Source: Fidelibacterota bacterium
GTDB taxonomy: Bacteria > Fidelibacterota > Marinisomatia > Marinisomatales > TCS55
DNA length: 28,975 nt
Reading direction: 5' to 3'
Assembly: GCA_027251445.1 (NCBI GenBank)
Contig: JAPNQO010000056.1
Span: 1 to 28,975 of the forward strand
Each line of letters begins with the position of its first letter. Within the stretch, counting starts at the first letter, position 1. Shown here one piece after another: positions 27,036-28,975 of the stretch. Below the pieces are notes generated by a model. It saw only the letters and a list, made by a program, of their open reading frames with translations, searched no databases and was not told the origin of the DNA. The position numbers and the translations under genes were made by a program.

Positions 27036-28975
27036 ATGAAGTTAATTAAAAGAATTCTACCAGTAATTATATTAGCAAATATATGCGCTGAAATTGATTA
27101 CACAATAATTCAATCGAATGAGAATAAACTAATTTTTGAAGTTAATCTCAATTTAAAATCAGAAGATGATCTTAAACCAATATCCTTACTGATAGGCTTA
27201 CCTAATCAAGAATATCCTGAAATGTTGGTTGAATATGGAGATGTCTATGATATATCAGAAAATTGGAATGTTCTAAAATCTAATGGAATAAGATGGATTA
27301 ATCTTCAAAGCTTACAAAATTTAAATGTTGGAACTCTACAAATAGATCCTAAAAATAATAATAGACAATATTATAAAAAGATAATAATAACTTGTATTTA
27401 TAATAACAGTTTATCCAAATATAGATATCCAAATCAGTATCAAAAAAAATTGCTCAAGAATCGAGTAATAAATTGGTCAATAGCAAAGAAATGGATTAAA
27501 CCATTTCTTCTGCAAAAAGAAAAGAAAATTTTATCATTAGATGGACAATGGGCTCGATTTAAAATTTCAGAGGATGGAATGTATACAATTCCAGCCAATG
27601 TAATTTTAAATAGTGGGCTTGAACTATCAAATCGTGATCCAAGGTATTTTAAGCTATATACAAATTCTAGTCTTGGTAGAGATCGTAGTAGTAGTATATC
27701 TGAAAATATAAATTATGAGCCCATTAGTGAGAACTTAATTGAAATAGGCATTTATTTTTTAGGAGAAAGTGATGGAAAAATCGATAGTGAAGATCAAATA
27801 ATTTTTTATGGAAGAGGAGTAAATGGAATAAATAGTAATGGCTTAAGTATTAATCATCATACAAATCTATATTTTAATGAGAATAATTATTGGCTTTTTA
27901 TACCTAATAATAATTTAATATTGGGGAAGCGAATAAACGACCTAGAACCTTCAACAAATAGTGCGGTATCGCTCGAATACGGGTTATCAACTTTTTATGA
28001 GGAAAATGATTTAATTAATCCATTTTCAGGAGGTTTATCTTGGGCTGGTGCAGCAATACCAAATAACAGCTCAAGTACGATAGTTACTTCAATTAACTCA
28101 CCAAATTCATCATTAGATGTTACCGCAAGTATTGGACTATTAGGAAACTCATCATCTATTGAAACACAAGGGAGTCCTAATCATATAATTGATATTTATC
28201 ATCAATCTATGGATGATTTACAAGCAACAAAGTCTTGGGTTGGATTAGTTAAAACTAGTGCGACGTTTAGCTTTTCAGGAAATAGATTGAATAACGGAAC
28301 AAATTTATTTATTCTAAAAAATTCATCTAGTAATAATTTTTCTCAACCTCATTTTGATTATGTTGTTGGGCAATATTCAAGAAATCTTGATGATATAAAT
28401 ATGCCCTATGAATTTTTTTCACCTATTCATAGTAATTCTATTAGATTTCAGTTTAATGCGCAATCTGAAATTAATGTATGGGATATAACCAATATTGCAT
28501 CTCCAAAAAAAGTTTTATTAAATATTAATAACTCTGATATTTATTTTGATGCTTTTTTACCACAGGATACTTTATCACGTTATTGCGTTTTTTCACTAAC
28601 AACTTTAAATATTGTAAATGAAATAGATTTAGTTGAAAATATAACGTTCAATAGCTACAGAACAACTAGGTCAGGTGTTAATCATCTAATTATTGGGCCA
28701 CAAGAGTTTGCTAATGCATCTGAACCCTTGGTCCTGCATAGAACTAGTTCAGAATATATCAGTTTAGAACAAATTTATAATGAATTTTCTGGAGGTAACA
28801 AAGATCCAGTTGCAATTAGAGATTTTATTCAGTGGACACAAGAATACTGGCAAGATCCTAGACCATACACCGTCCTGTTAATGGGTGATGCAGATTATGA
28901 TTACCGTAACATAACGCAGCAATCTAATATTAAAGTACCCACAATTGAAATTGGCTACAGCAATAATCACAGAGC
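27036..28975 (+). CDS. Peptidase C25 / PorU-like protein (truncated at window end)
   Basis: ATG 27036 (MKLIKRILPVIILANICA...); the frame at the window end matches the start frame. Motifs FKISEDGMY, IIFYGRG, N.Y..EN.YWL, IYNEFSGG..DPVAIRDFI, VLLMGDADYDYRN. Absent from the track, consistent with no stop inside the window. Confidence 0.85.
   Translation, partial: MKLIKRILPVIILANICAEIDYTIIQSNENKLIFEVNLNLKSEDDLKPISLLIGLPNQEYPEMLVEYGDVYDISENWNVLKSNGIRWINLQSLQNLNVGTLQIDPKNNNRQYYKKIIITCIYNNSLSKYRYPNQYQKKLLKNRVINWSIAKKWIKPFLLQKEKKILSLDGQWARFKISEDGMYTIPANVILNSGLELSNRDPRYFKLYTNSSLGRDRSSSISENINYEPISENLIEIGIYFLGESDGKIDSEDQIIFYGRGVNGINSNGLSINHHTNLYFNENNYWLFIPNNNLILGKRINDLEPSTNSAVSLEYGLSTFYEENDLINPFSGGLSWAGAAIPNNSSSTIVTSINSPNSSLDVTASIGLLGNSSSIETQGSPNHIIDIYHQSMDDLQATKSWVGLVKTSATFSFSGNRLNNGTNLFILKNSSSNNFSQPHFDYVVGQYSRNLDDINMPYEFFSPIHSNSIRFQFNAQSEINVWDITNIASPKKVLLNINNSDIYFDAFLPQDTLSRYCVFSLTTLNIVNEIDLVENITFNSYRTTRSGVNHLIIGPQEFANASEPLVLHRTSSEYISLEQIYNEFSGGNKDPVAIRDFIQWTQEYWQDPRPYTVLLMGDADYDYRNITQQSNIKVPTIEIGYSNNHR

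Overview
A 29-kb, AT-rich (roughly 30% GC by eye) bacterial chromosomal segment. Gene content (PorU/C25-like protein, mitochondrial-type aconitase, sigma-70 lacking region 1.1, LapA/LapB) points to a diderm FCB-group organism, plausibly marine Marinimicrobia (inference). Everything from 114 to 26901 is on the minus strand. A housekeeping block comes first: aconitase, serA, flavin oxidoreductase, sigma-70, M23 peptidase, miaB, lapA, lapB-like, TPR-SPOR, ending in a tRNA-Sec (selC) with its terminator. A more accessory block follows: a divergent HMG-CoA-lyase-like gene coupled to DUF1611/DgcN, a CADD (CT610-like) diiron enzyme with DUF1543, a promoter plus probable Na+/solute symporter remnant, Gfo/Idh/MocA, an esterase, a ChoD-like GMC oxidase, three exported repeat/SPOR proteins, a YwaF/TMEM164-like protein, oligopeptidase B, SSADH and a tandem pair of paralogous hypothetical genes. 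I found four ORFs missing from the supplied track: a partial gene at 1..117 (+), a 42-aa fragment at 12387..12515 (-), a 55-aa membrane protein at 21823..21990 (-) and a partial PorU/C25-like gene at 27036..end (+). I saw no integrase, IS or CRISPR array. The best candidates for something new are the HMGL-like/DgcN pair, the CADD-DUF1543 pair, the non-canonical tRNA-Sec and the Rap1a-like paralog pair, one member of which is fused to a beta-barrel.
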